From Okamejei kenojei (taxonomy: Eukaryota): a stretch of 64,000 nt of DNA. The translations under genes and the position numbers were made by a program. Positions 36,005 through 47,800 of the stretch are shown one piece after another (the first letter of the stretch is position 1; each line of letters starts with the position of its first letter). A model generated the notes under the pieces. That model was not told the origin of the DNA. It saw only the letters and a program-made list of their open reading frames with translations, and made no database searches. The DNA is taken from NCBI GenBank assembly GCA_035221665.1, contig CM069162.1, positions 6,634,001-6,698,000 of the forward strand. Direction: 5' to 3'.

Positions 36005-36382
36005 GGCATCATCCTCCGCCTGTTCCACCGTTGAGGTCTTGGTTGGATTGCTCTTTGTCAGAGACCTCCCCCCTCGACCTTACCGCCATGGGCGGCCCTT
36101 CCAGGAGCACAGCTCCAGACGGCATCGCTCTCAGGATCTCAGGTCCACACAAGGTGACAATCCCCGGGGAAGACTTTAGTGGAGCATCACAACGGCTGGG
36201 AAGGCGGATGAAGGCTGCAGCAGGCAAGGGTCCCCGGTCGTCGTGGACTCCACGCCACTGGATCTTGACCCAGATCTGTCAAGAACCGTGTGGTGGCTGC
36301 CTGTGCACCAGTCTCCCCACGTTAAACACAGGCGTCCTCCATGAGAGGACAGTCATACTCGTTTAAAAGGACCGCCGATTAT
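36005..36382. mobile_element. RTE-clade (Expander/Rex3-like) derived non-autonomous element, 5' part apparently inverted
   Basis: Reverse complement of 36009-36165 reads gatcctgagagcgatgccgtctggagc..cctggaagggccgcccatggcggtaaggtcgagggggagg..gacaaag, like RTE 5' regions; plus-strand remainder ends ccgccgattatg. Confidence 0.5.
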
Positions 36383-36394
36383 GTATATTATAGG

Positions 36395-36590
36395 AAGCTT
36401 GCCTTCACCGGTTAGGGCATTGAGTTTAAGAGTCAGGAAGACATGATGCAGCTTTATAGGACATTGGTCAGGACATATTTGGAGTATGGCGAGCAGTTTT
36501 GGTCACCCCATTACAGGAAGGATGTGGAGGCTCTGGAAAGGGTGCAGAGGAGGTTTACCAGAATGATGCCTGGATTAGCGGGTTTTAAGA
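36395..36590 (+). mobile_element. CR1 ORF2 fragment
   Basis: MMQLYRTLVRTYLEYGEQFWSPHYRKDVEALERVQRRFTRMMPG. Confidence 0.8.
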
Positions 36591-36711
36591 GAATCAAGGT
36601 ATTTTCATTAGCGCACTCATTATTGGGCCACCCAAACATGTTTCTGTCATATTTGCTTTAGTTTTTCTCAAGTTCCCTATTAATTAGTGCAAGTGAAAGG
36701 CATCGTAGAAT

Positions 36712-37222
36712 CATAGAATCTTAGAATCATAGAAAATAGGTGCAGTAGGCCATTCGGCCCTTCGAGCCTGCACCGCCATTCAATATGATCATGGCTGATC
36801 ATCCAACTCAGTATCCTGTACCTGCCTTCTCTCCATACCCCCTGATCCCTTTAGCCACAAGGGCCACATCTAACTCCCTCTTAAATATAGCCAATGAACT
36901 GGCCTCAACTACCTTCTGTGGCAGAGAATTCCACAGACTCACCACTCTGTGTGAAAAATGATCTTCTCATCTCGGTCCTAAAAGACTTCCCCCTTATCCT
37001 TAAACTGTGACCCCTTGCTCTGGAGTTCCCCAACATCGGGAACAATCTTCCTGCATCTAGCCTGTCCAACCCCTTAAGAATTTTGTAAGTCTCTATAAGG
37101 TCCCCCCTCAATCTCCTAAATTCCAGCGAGTACAAGCCAAGTCTATGCAGTCTTTCTTCATATGGGAGTCATGCCATCCCAGGAATCAGTCTGGTGAACC
37201 TTCTCTGTACTCCCTCTATGGC
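36712..37222 (-). mobile_element. CR1 LINE 3' end (young)
   Basis: YSLEFRRLRGDLIETYKILKGLDRLDAGRLFPMLG; 3'UTR and tail. Confidence 0.85.
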
Positions 37223-37399
37223 AATCTCTATGGTATCGTAGAACTAGCAAGTTCCCGCTGAGTGGCCTGTTGGTCTCATTGGTGACGGCACCGGACTGTT
37301 TGAGGCAGTCCCACCAGAAGCTTCAAGAGTCAAGAGCGTTTTATTGTCATTGCTGTAACGGAACAATTAAATTCCAACTTGCAGCAGCGCAACAGACAT

Positions 37400-37580
37400 G
37401 CAAACACAACATGCTGGAGTAACGCAGCGGGTCAGTCAGCATCTCTAGAGGAAAGGAACAGGTGGTGTTTCGGGTTGGAACCCTTCTTCAGACTGGGAAG
37501 ATTTTCAGTCTGAAGAAGGGTTCCAACACGAAATATCGCCTATTCCATTTCTCCAGAGATTCTACCTGACCCGCTGAGAT
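37400..37580. mobile_element. PLE fold-back (family A)
   Basis: cccttcttcagactg...cagtctgaagaaggg inverted centre. Confidence 0.7.
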
Positions 37581-37854
37581 GTCCAGTAGGCAGAAGGACT
37601 ATACTTGGTTATCAAGTCGATTATTGTGTGCAGATACAAGATGAAGGGAATAACAGGCAGTGCAAGATAAAGTCCGATTAAAGATAGTCTGATGGTCTCC
37701 AATGAGGCAGATGGGAGGTCAGGACCACTCTAGATGTTCTCTGTGAGAAGGACATTGATAGTGGAGCGATGAAGGGAAGAGGAAACAAGACGTAGAGCCA
37801 ACCCTCGCAGGATCTCAAACTCCACGGTGAAATCCAAACAGGTGGCAAATGACG

Positions 37855-38052
37855 TGTAGAAAGGAACTGCAGATGCTGGTTTATACCGAAGATAGACACA
37901 AAGTACTGGAGTAGCTCAGCGGGTCTGGGATCATCTCTGGAGAAAAAAGATGAGTGACGTTTTGGCTTGTCTGGAGAAGGGTCCTGACGCGAAACTTCAC
38001 CCATCCTTCATCTCCAGAGAGGCTGCCTGACTCACTGAGTTACTCCAGCACT
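37855..38052. mobile_element. PLE fold-back (family A)
   Basis: Tail gtgtagaaaggaactgcagatgctgg plus inverted arms. Confidence 0.7.
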
Positions 38053-38352
38053 CTTGAATCTTTTAGTTATTGCTTTGTGATAAGCGATGGGGGCAGTGAC
38101 GGAAAGAGCTGAATGAAGACACAACAGCTGTGAGTCGGAAGGTTTTTATTTAGATTGGAATAATCAAATTCCACCTGCCACCTGGACTCGGGTGGTTACA
38201 GAAACAGCCCGACCACCAGGTACTAACACACTGAAGTCACCTCGGGGACAACTTTGTTTAAAGAGAGTCACTAGCTTCAACCAACTAGTGACTGTCACCT
38301 GTCTCCTCTTCTCCATCACATCTTCACCTGATCTTCAGCTGGTGATTTACAA

Positions 38353-38652
38353 CTTAGTTTAGTTTAGAGATACAGTGCGAGAACAGGCCCTTCGGCCCAT
38401 CTAGTCCACGCCGACCAGCGATCCCTGCATCTTAACACTACCCTACACACACTAGGGACAATTTACATTTATACCGGCCAATTAACCTGCAAACCTGTAT
38501 GACTTTGGAGTGTGGGAGGAAACTCCATGCGGGTCACGGGGAGAACGTACAAACTCCGTACAGACAGCACCCATAGTGAGGATCGAACCCTGGGTCTCTG
38601 GCCCTGAAAGCACTGTAACGCAGCAACTCTACCGCTGCGCCACCGTGCCGCC
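38353..38652 (-). mobile_element. HE1-like V-SINE, full length
   Basis: Head, V-domain, (tttag)n tail. Confidence 0.85.
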
Positions 38653-38806
38653 CTGATCTGACAGCTGATTGGCAGAATTCTCCTTCGCCACCTCCAGCTG
38701 GTTAGAGCTGCATAGTCTTCATTTACACTGACATCCACTTGGACCTGGAGATGGTTCACGTTGAGCAGTTTCCCTCGTTCAGGAAGGGGTGGGGGGAGGG
38801 TGCGGA

Positions 38807-38809
<3 letters not shown>

Positions 38810-38868
<59 letters not shown>
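38810..38868. repeat. (CA)n microsatellite
   Basis: Direct reading, about 29 units. Confidence 0.95.
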
Positions 38869-38873
<5 letters not shown>

Positions 38874-39496
38874 CAGACAGGAGGGAAGTTTCTGCGCTGT
38901 ATCTCTAAACTAAACTAAAGTAAACTAAAAACAAATGAACAACATTTAAAAGACATTGGGACGGGTACATGGATGGGAAGGGTTTTGAGGGATGAGTCCC
39001 AAGCGTGGGCAAGTGAGACTAGCTTAGATGGGGCATCTTGGTCGGATATGGGCGAGTTGGGGTGAAGGGCCAGCATCCACACTGCATGACTCTAAGACCA
39101 TTTAGTATTTCCAATGCACCTGTTATGTCGATCGTTGCTCTTGGTAGGAGCTTGCTGTGCTCGGATTGTGCTGTGCTCCCAGAGCTGTGACAGTACTGTC
39201 ATTAGCTGTAGAGGGCCGCGGGACATTTTGAAAGGAGTGGTGGAAAATATAAGCCTTTATTTCTGGGATGGAGCGGGATTTTCTGAAGGGGATGGAAAGC
39301 TAGTGCCGAAGCTGACTGCTGTCATTTTGCTACAGAGCAGAGTCAGAATATGAAATATTAAACGTTGAATTTTATCAACAATAAGCCAACAGTAGACGTT
39401 TCAAACCTAGTGTTAGTGTTTGAACAAGCATTTTTCCAACTTCACAGATTCATCAGCTTGGCTGGTTAACAGGTCCCTGGTCAGAGGGGTTGATAC

Positions 39497-39748
39497 TGAA
39501 GGGGAAGGTCAGGGGGGAAAGATTAAATAGGAACCTGAGGGGTAACATTTTCACACAAAGGGTGGAGGTTGTACGGAACAAGTTGCCGGAGGAGGTAGAT
39601 GAGGCTGGGACTATCACAATGTTTAAGAAACATTTATACAGGTACATGGATAGGACAAATTTGAAGGGATATGGACCAAACGCAGGCAGGTGGGACTAGT
39701 GCAGATGGTCGGCAAGGGCCTGCTTCCACTCTCCCTGACTCTATGACC
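39497..39748 (+). mobile_element. CR1 LINE 3' end
   Basis: KVRGERLNRNLRGNIFTQRVEVVRNKLPEEVDEAGTITMFKKHL. Confidence 0.8.
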
Positions 39749-40456
39749 CTTGGAGATTGCATGTGGGCAGAGCGGGACTGAGAGTGGAACGTAGAGGAGG
39801 GGACGAGCATTTAGTTTACTTTTCATTCGGCCGGAGAGTGTGGAGAGAAGGGAAGAATGAGGAGAGCGCAATCAGGAGCAATCTTGATTCAGCCACTTGG
39901 AGGAAGTGATCTGTGAGGGTTGTGGTGCGGCCGGATGCTGGCCGTAGGTGCTGTCTGCAAGAGGCCTTTATGGCCATGTGGCCAGACAGGGACTGTGAAA
40001 TGGCACCAAAACCTGGCGACTCTTCCATAATAGACTTAATGGGCTGTTTATGCATCATGTGCTTAACCGGGGCTGGGACTTATGTATTGCATTAATCTCA
40101 CATCGGAATGCAAAAATAAAGAATCTCACTGTACCTTGGAACACCTGATAATAAAGGAACCATTCAACCATTATTGATTCGGAATAGGTTCAGAAGCAGT
40201 GGCAGGGAAATAGCAACTTTTACAAAGGGAATGTTTTATTTGTGGATGATTGCTTTGCTATTAGATTGATTTGAATAGGAAAAGCTTGGAGGGATACGTG
40301 CAAAACATGGGCAAAATGAACTAGTGTCGATGGGGCATCTTGGTCGGTATGGGCGGATGGGCTGAAGGGCCTGTTTCCATGCTGTGTGACTCTATATTCA
40401 TAGAGATGGCAAGGAAATAGTTTGAACTATATCGATCTTCTGCTGAGCTTTTCTTT

Positions 40457-40757
40457 AGGGCGGCAGGTAGCGTCCCCGCCTTACAGCGCCAGAGACCCAG
40501 GGTTCGATCCTGACCGGGTGCCGTCTGTACGGACTTTGTACGGACTTCTCCCCGTGACCGCGTGGGTTTTCTCCGGGTGCTCCGGTTCCCTCCCACACTC
40601 CAAAGACATGCAGGTTTGTAGGTTAATTGGCTTGGTATTGTTGTAAATTGTCCCCAGTGTGCGTAGGATAGTGTAAATGAGTGGGGATCGTTGGTCGGAG
40701 TGCACTCGATGGGACAAAGGGCCTATTTCGGCACTGCATCTCTAAACTAAACTAAAC
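40457..40757 (+). mobile_element. HE1-like V-SINE
   Basis: B-box ggttcgatcc, V-domain, (ctaaa)n tail. Confidence 0.85.
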
Positions 40758-41159
40758 TCTCTGATGTTGAGGACCAGACAGGGAATGAGTTAGAATGGGT
40801 CACGGCTGGGAGGAGGGAGAAATTGGATTGGGTGCGGAATCAACGGAGGCAGGATGGAAGGATGAAGCCACAGGCCCACAGTGGGACAGCGAGAGTCTTC
40901 CTGAACATGACTGTGTCCTGTTGAAGATGTCACTCCATCACACGTATGTTGGCAGGTGGCAGAGGATCAGATGTGATCTCGCCGACTGACAACGCAGACT
41001 GGACGAGCCTCACGGTACATCAGTGGTCTATCAGTGGCATACCGCTCCTCTCAGGGTTACTTCCAGCAAACGTGGCCCGTCCAGGTGAATGAGGCATTGC
41101 CTTAAAGGCAGCAAACATGTCACAGTCAGGTTCAACGCGAATTGGAGGAACAGCATTTG

Positions 41160-41257
41160 CAGTGACTCCAACTCTCCCGCTCTCCCGCTTGAGAATTTGC
41201 TAAAATGGCCTTACAGCGGGCGATCTCCCGCCGAAAGCGGGAGAGTTGGAGTCACTG
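41160..41257. mobile_element. 98-bp MITE with perfect 22-bp TIRs and 6-bp TSD
   Basis: TIR cagtgactccaactctcccgct / agcgggagagttggagtcactg; catttg at 41154-41159 and 41258-41263. Confidence 0.8.
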
Positions 41258-41419
41258 CATTTGTACGGGAATTTGATTAGTACGGGTGTCAGGGGTAATG
41301 GGGAGAAGGCAGGAGAATGGGGTTAGGAGGGAGAGATAGATCAGCCATGATTGAATGGTGGAGTAGACTTGATGGGCCGAATGGCCCAATTCTGCTCCTA
41401 TCACTTGTGATCTTATGAG

Positions 41420-41790
41420 CACCACATATATATCGCTTGGGCAACTTACAACCCAGTGGTATGAATATTGATTTCTCAAAGTTCAAGTGAGCTCTCTCTC
41501 CGTTCCTCTCCCACCCTGGCTCTCCGACAAGTTTGATTCATTTTGCTGTTTGTATGCCTCGCTGTCACCTTCCCCTCAGTCAGCAACGGACCGGACCGTT
41601 GTCCATTTCCTTGATCAGCATCTCCTTTTCACACCTTACATGTTCTTTGTGCCTTTCCGTGTCTCTAGCTTCCCTCTCCCCCCGACACTCAGTCTAAAAA
41701 AAGGGTCTCGACCCGAAACGTCACCCATTCCTTCTATCCAGAGATGCTGCCTATCCCGCTGAGTTACTCCAGCATTTTGAGTCTGTCTTC
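41420..41790 (+). mobile_element. Penelope-like element 3' portion (GIY-YIG C-terminus, 3'UTR, degenerate HHR, terminus)
   Basis: Encodes HHIYRLGNLQPSGMNIDFSKFK-stop, typical PLE (Neptune-like) endonuclease C-terminus. Confidence 0.8.
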
Positions 41791-42470
41791 CCTTCCATTG
41801 ACTCCATTTACATTCCTTGCTGCCTCGGCAAGGCCAGCAGCATAATCAAGGATGTGCCTCGCCTTCCCCCTCACCCTGAGCAAGAGGTACAGAAGTGTGC
41901 AAAGGCACACCTCCGCATTCAGGGACAGTCGCTTCTCAGCTGTTATCAGGCGACTGAACCATCCTGTCACCAACTGGAGAGCGGTCCCGACCTACCATCT
42001 ACCTCATTGCAGACCTTTAATCAGCCTTTACTGGACTTTATCGTGCACCAAACGTTATCCCCTTTCTCCTATATCTGTACACAGTGGGCGACTGGATCGT
42101 AATTATGTTTAAGAAGGAACTGCAGATGCTGGAAAATTGAAGGTAGACAAAAATGCTGGAGAAACTCAGCGGGTGCAGCAGCATCTATGGAGCGAAGGAA
42201 ATAGGCAACGTTTCGGGCCGAAACCCGTAGGGTTTCGGCCCGAAACGTTGCCTATTTCTGTAATCCCAAACCCTGCAATCCCTTCGGGTTTCGGCCCGAA
42301 ACGTCGCCTATTTCCTCCATCAGCTCCACAGATGCTGCTGCACCCGCTGAGTTTCTCCAGCATTTTTGTCTACCTTCGATTGTGACGATATGCAGTCTTT
42401 CCACTGACAGGATAGCACGCAACAAAAAACGCTCTTTCGCGGTACCTCGGTGCACGTGACAAGAAACAAA
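41790..42470 (+). mobile_element. Rex1/Babar LINE 3' end interrupted by a PLE fold-back
   Basis: KRYRSVQRHTSAFRDSRFSAVIRRLNHP; 3'UTR resumes at about 42380. Confidence 0.75.
42106..42378. mobile_element. PLE-derived fold-back element (family B) with one internal unit
   Basis: Tail tgtttaagaaggaactgcag, centre gaaacccgtagggtttc, unit tgtaatcccaaaccctgcaatcccttc. Confidence 0.8.
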
Positions 42471-42740
42471 AGTGATCTAAGGGCCTTCGCTGGGAGCAAA
42501 TGAAATAGAGATTTTCGTGGAAGACGATCGCCGTCGATCACTCGTGCTGAGCCTCCGACCACGTCGCAGTGTGTGCTTTGTCCTTTTTAATAAAAGGAAA
42601 CAGCTCTGTCTTAAAAAATTACCGGCATCCATATCTTGAGCCATATGACACAATAACTATTAGCTTTAATCACAGCAGCTTGTGGCCTGTTGAAGCTGAT
42701 TAAAACTCTGCCGGGCCACGTTCACAGATGCCGGCTAACC

Positions 42741-42774
<34 letters not shown>

Positions 42775-42974
42775 ATTTTATATCAGCAAGAGGAACATTT
42801 ATCCAGTAAAGCATGGCCGGCATTGAGTGTGCGAGGGAGGTTTTCCTTTCCCCTCCCCGTGAGGTAGTTTTAAACAAATAAAGGTGGCAAGTGTTTGTGG
42901 GGGAGAAGGCGGTGCTGCATTTCACTAACTTCACTGTGGTCGCTGGCTGTCGTTTCATCCGTCCATTCCAGGGC

Positions 42975-43390
42975 CGGAGACAGACACAAAAAGCTGGAGT
43001 AACTCAGCGGGACAGGCAGCATGTCTGGAGAGAAGGAATGGGTGGCGTTTCGGGCCGCGAGCCTCCTCCAGTCTGAGAACCAGGGGAGTGGGAGACCCAG
43101 AGATATGGAAGGGTGAGGTGTGAAAACGGGGCATCAAAGGGGACGAAGTTCATGAAAATGTAGACTAGCCTAGAACAGGAGAGGAGGAGCCATCACAGAG
43201 GGGGAGCAGCAAGAGAGGGCGTTGCCGCACCCTTCTTCAGACTGGCGTTTCGGAGTCGAGGCCCATCCTCGGTCTCGACCCGAAACGTCACCCATTCCTT
43301 CTCTCCAGAGATGCTGCCTGTCCCGCTGAGTTACTCCAGCTTTTTGTGTCTATCTTCAGTTTAAACCAGCATCTGCAGTTCCTACCTACA
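42975..43390. mobile_element. PLE fold-back (family A), longer form
   Basis: Inverted arms; TSD cattccagggc at 42964-42974 and 43391-43401. Confidence 0.8.
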
Positions 43391-44436
43391 CATTCCAGGG
43401 CTGGGGTGGGAACGCTCTCCTCTGTTTGACCTGCCGGAGATTGTCCTAGTAACAGTGTCCAGGTGCTGAACTAATTGACTAGCAATCCTTAGAATCCTTC
43501 TCCACTCTACGCCCCCATCCCTCCCTCCACTAGCCCGTCACCTCGCCTCATATGTTTCTCTTGCTATAGGGTAGAAGATTGAAAACCTCCCCGTAAATGA
43601 AACGAGTGAGATATCACCTGTACTCCGTTTTAAAGTAAAATTAAATAAGTTGACCTCCTCTCTGGCTGACCTTTGATATTTCCACTCAGTATTTTCCTTG
43701 CAAAACGGACATCTGATTTTCGTATTTTTAATTCAGCCGAAGTTTCCATTATTCTTTGCGGATTGCATTTAATTTCATTTTATTCCATTTAATGAGAGGA
43801 TAACTTTCTGCATTATTGCATTACAAAGACTGGTAATAATGTTATTTATAGAGAAATGATCCAAAATAGCCTGCCCAAGCTATGTGCAATTCAATTAGTC
43901 AGCTGCAGATTTTAGTGCAAATTTTCCATTACATATTTTGTTTGTACATAATGAACCCTGGAAATCTTTTTGGAGAAGCATTCTGTGTCAGATTTTGGCA
44001 GGCTTCTGCGAAAATAATGGCCCTCAAAGACTGCACCAACATACTTCTTTGAAGGACACCTGTTGGTGCTACATTTTTTTGCCGGAACAGTTGCAGCCAT
44101 TTGATGGTCTGTTTGGTGATTTGTTTTATAATGTCTAATACGCTTCACATTTCTCTCCCCCCCCCACTCCCCTCCCACCCCATGTGTTTCTCTCTTGCAG
44201 TCCCTGTCTCTCTTTGTTGTTCGGTTCTGTAGAGTTTTTTAAATGTTCAGCGGAAGAATTGCAAAAGGTTCTTGTTTCTCCCAGTTTTTGCTGAAACAAG
44301 TGGAAATGACACGATAAAAAGGAACTGCAGATGCTGGTTTATACCAAAGATAAAAGACAAAAAAGTGCTGTAGCAACTCAGCGGGTCAGACAGCATCTCT
44401 GGCGAATATGGATAGGTGATGTTTCAGGTTAGGGCC

Positions 44437-44740
44437 TTTAGTTTAGTTTAGTTTAGAGATACAGCGAGTAAACAGGCCCTTTGGCCCATCAGGTCCACGC
44501 CGACCCTAACACTATCCTACACACACCAGGGTAATTTTTTTAAAGCATTTATACCACGCCAATTAACCTACACTGACTTGTATGTCTTTGGAGTGTGGGA
44601 GGAAACCGAAGATCTCGGAAAAAAACCCACATAAGTCACGGGGAGAACGTACAAACTCCGTACAGACAGCACCCGTAATCAGGATCGAACCCGGGTCTCT
44701 GGCGCTGTAGGACAGCTAGCTACTCTACCGCTGCGCCACC
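44437..44740 (-). mobile_element. HE1-like V-SINE inserted in a PLE remnant (44318-44885)
   Basis: Full SINE motifs; PLE motif agggccctt / ctttttcagactg split around it. Confidence 0.8.
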
Positions 44741-45344
44741 CTTTTTCAGACTGTTTGAGTTGGTGGGAAGGGGAGAGCTGGAAGATGGGAGCATGGCAAA
44801 TAATGGAAAAATTGGAAGGGGCCCTACCCGAAACCATGTTCTCCAGAGATGTTGCCTGACTCGCTGGCTTACCCCAGCACCTTGAGCCTACCCAGTGGAA
44901 GCTTTGTTAGGCGGGCTGCCATCTCCCTACCACAGAGTCAATAGCTACCCCCTCTGTATGGGTGCAGCACTCCACGAGGTGACCTCTAGGAGGCAGTCTT
45001 GAGCGCTGTCAGGATGGACATGGCGTGTCCATTGTAGTGTAGAAGAGGCAGTGGGTCCCTGCTAATCTCGCAGTTGAATTGACAGTGGTCTGCCAATGTC
45101 TATAGTGTGTGGACCCACTCATCATGCTCACAAAGGCTTGACATGGGTGGTGGGAGAGGAGGGGTGGGTCTATCTACAGTGTGGACCTCAACAAGTTCCT
45201 CATCCATGCTTTGATCTTTTTGCCCCATTACAGCATGGCATCCACTGCCACCAACCCCCTCCAATACTACAGCTGCCTTCCTTTATAACCTTTCTATTTT
45301 GGCACAATGATCGAAACTGAAGGGGACCCAATTTTGAAGGCATA

Positions 45345-45570
45345 GGTGGCGCGGTGGCGCTGCTGAGAGAGATGCTGCCACACGCCGCCAGTGACCCAAT
45401 CCTGTCCCTAGTCTGTGGGGTTCGCATGTCCTTCCTGTCACCGCGTGGGTTTGGCAAGTTAATTGCCCCTTGAGTGTCGGGAGAGGGTGCAAAAGTGGGG
45501 TATCGTGAAACTAGGGTGAACGGTGATCGATGGTCAGCCTGGAGTCGGTGGGCCGTAGGGCCTGTTTCTG
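45345..45570 (+). mobile_element. HE1-like V-SINE, degraded
   Basis: ggcgcggtggcgc head and gggccgtagggcctgtttc tail. Confidence 0.65.
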
Positions 45571-46022
45571 TCAATAAAAAGGCGATTGGACGATTTCATT
45601 GGTGTTGAGGTTGAGTGTGTGACCCGCTCCTCCAGCTGCTCTAACCGCATGGTCCTGAACACTAGTGCGCCGATCCTCCAGCAGGTTGTCCCAGTAGAGA
45701 AGGGACTTACAGCAGGCAGCTCACCATCCTCCATAGCCAGGACTCAAATTAGGATTGTTGGCCACCTCTTAACTGCCGGAAGATACAGTGTAGAGAGGAA
45801 CTGCAGATGCTGGTTTACACCAGCAAGCCTGAGCTGCTATCTATCTCATTGGAGATGATCTTTGATCAGACATTACTGGACTTTATCTTGCACTAAATAT
45901 TATTCATGTTATACACTTTATCATGCATCATTCATGTGTCAATAAACTAACATGAAAAAGATATCACTTGTTGCATCATTCATGTGTCAATAAACTAACC
46001 TAATTAACTCAGCTCCTGTATC

Positions 46023-46225
46023 TGTAAGAAGGAACTGCAGACGCTGGTTTACTCCGAAGTTAGAGGCAAAATTCTGGAGTAACTCAGCGGGTCAGGCAGC
46101 ATCTCAGGAGAGAAGGAATGGGTTACGAAGTCTGAAGAAGGGTCTCAACCCAAAACATCACCGATTTCTTTTCTCCAGAGATGCTGCCTGACCCGCTGAG
46201 TTACTCCAACAATTTCTGTCTGTCT
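46023..46225. mobile_element. PLE fold-back (family A)
   Basis: Tail plus inverted arms; CpG-decayed HHR motif ctgaagaagggtctcaacccaaaacatc. Confidence 0.7.
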
Positions 46226-47592
46226 TCTTGCCTGAACATACAAACGTGCAGGCACGTTGAAGTCCCAGAAGAAAATTGGGCTCTCCTCTCCGCCCATTTT
46301 GCGACGTGATGGCCAATACTGCCCTGAAGATGTTCCTCTACCCAACCAAGTTAGAACGGGGACCCCAATACCAACACTTCTTCAGTTAAACTTTAGTTTA
46401 GTCATAGAGAAGACACAAACTGCTGGAGTAACTCAATGGGTCATGCAGCATCCCTGAAGAACATGGATTGGTAACGTTTCGGGTTGGGACACTTCTTCAG
46501 TAGTTGGGAGGGGGAGGATGAAGATTGGAGGAGCCAGACAAAACCTCAAGCAAAAGGGACATCTGCAGTTGTTAATGTGATGTTCATTCAAGTTTGGGAA
46601 ATGGAAGTTGGGGGAACGTCCAATCATCAATACTGGGAGATTCCCACACTCCCGCACTCCAAAGATGTTGGTTAATTTGCCTTTGGTAAAATGTAAATTG
46701 TCCCTAGTGTGTAGGATAGTGCATGGGGATTGCTGGTCAGTATGTATTTGGTGGGCCGAAGGGCCTGTTTGTAGCCTGTATCTCTAGATTAGCCTAAACC
46801 AAACTGTTTAAAGACAAGAGACAGCGTTGTGTGTGTTCAGATGCTCAATGTTTCAGGGAGATAAATGCCTACGTGTCTTATTTAAATCTCGTTTTGAAAC
46901 GAGTCCTGCCTCAAGTCCATTGGGACTTAGACCTGGAGAGCAAGAAAAAAAGTGGAGGACAAAAAATGTAAATATTTATTTTTTTTAATCATCTGACTGG
47001 AGAAGGAAAAGGTTCGTCAAAAACATGTTTGTTTCTAGGAAGCTAAAATATCCCACAGATCCCAAAGGATTAATTATGTTCACAGGTTATAGAAAAAAAA
47101 AACCGCATTGCTGAATGATGGGACCTGAACTTCATGTTTCCACCTCTCTACAGAGCAGTGGCACCTGTAGAATCCATACCATCCCTCAGGACATTTCAGG
47201 GAGTTGACATTCCCATCAGGAGTATATCGCAGGTTAACGCTAAGCCTTGCATTGACAGCGGTTAGGCAGCTCCTGCATCTCACAGTGACCAACATTTTCA
47301 ACCCTCATTCTGCTCAACCTGTGGGACAAACAGTTTGAGATCCAACAATTGATGGATTCAGATTGTTCTGCGGCACAAGGGCAGGCTCTTCGGCCCACAT
47401 TGTCTGTACCGAACTTGATGCCTAGGCCGTCACTGACCGACCATATCCCGCCATTCCATTGCCTGCCTGTCCGTTTATCAAACTAATCTCCTCCGCCTGC
47501 ACACGGTCCACATCCCAACATCCCCGCACATCCATATCATCCAAAGACAGACAGAGGGCAGAGGTGTGGTCCCAGGGCACAGATTGGCAGAA

Positions 47593-47800
47593 GAGGTGGC
47601 GCAGCGGTCGAGTTACTGCCTTACAGCGCCAGAGACCCGGGTTCGATCCTGACCACGGGTGCTGTCTGTACGGAGTTTGTACATTCTGGTGCTCTGGCTT
47701 CCTCCCACACTCCAAAGACCTACAGGTTTGCAGGTTAATTGGCCTGGGTAAAATTGTAAATAGCCCCAAGTGTGTGTAGGATAGTGTTAGTGTGCGGGCA
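47593..47800 (+). mobile_element. HE1-like V-SINE
   Basis: Head with ggttcgatcc and V-domain. Confidence 0.75.

Noticed and set aside
45924-45999. 28-bp local duplication tgcatcattcatgtgtcaataaactaac
   Set aside because: It is a small slippage or repair duplication at a Rex1/Babar tail and unremarkable.
47080-47320. Possible minus-strand exon (LRYTPDGNVNSLKCPEGWYGFYRCHC)
   Set aside because: All three frames hit stops when read from the obvious acceptor near 47320, and no protein family is recognised.
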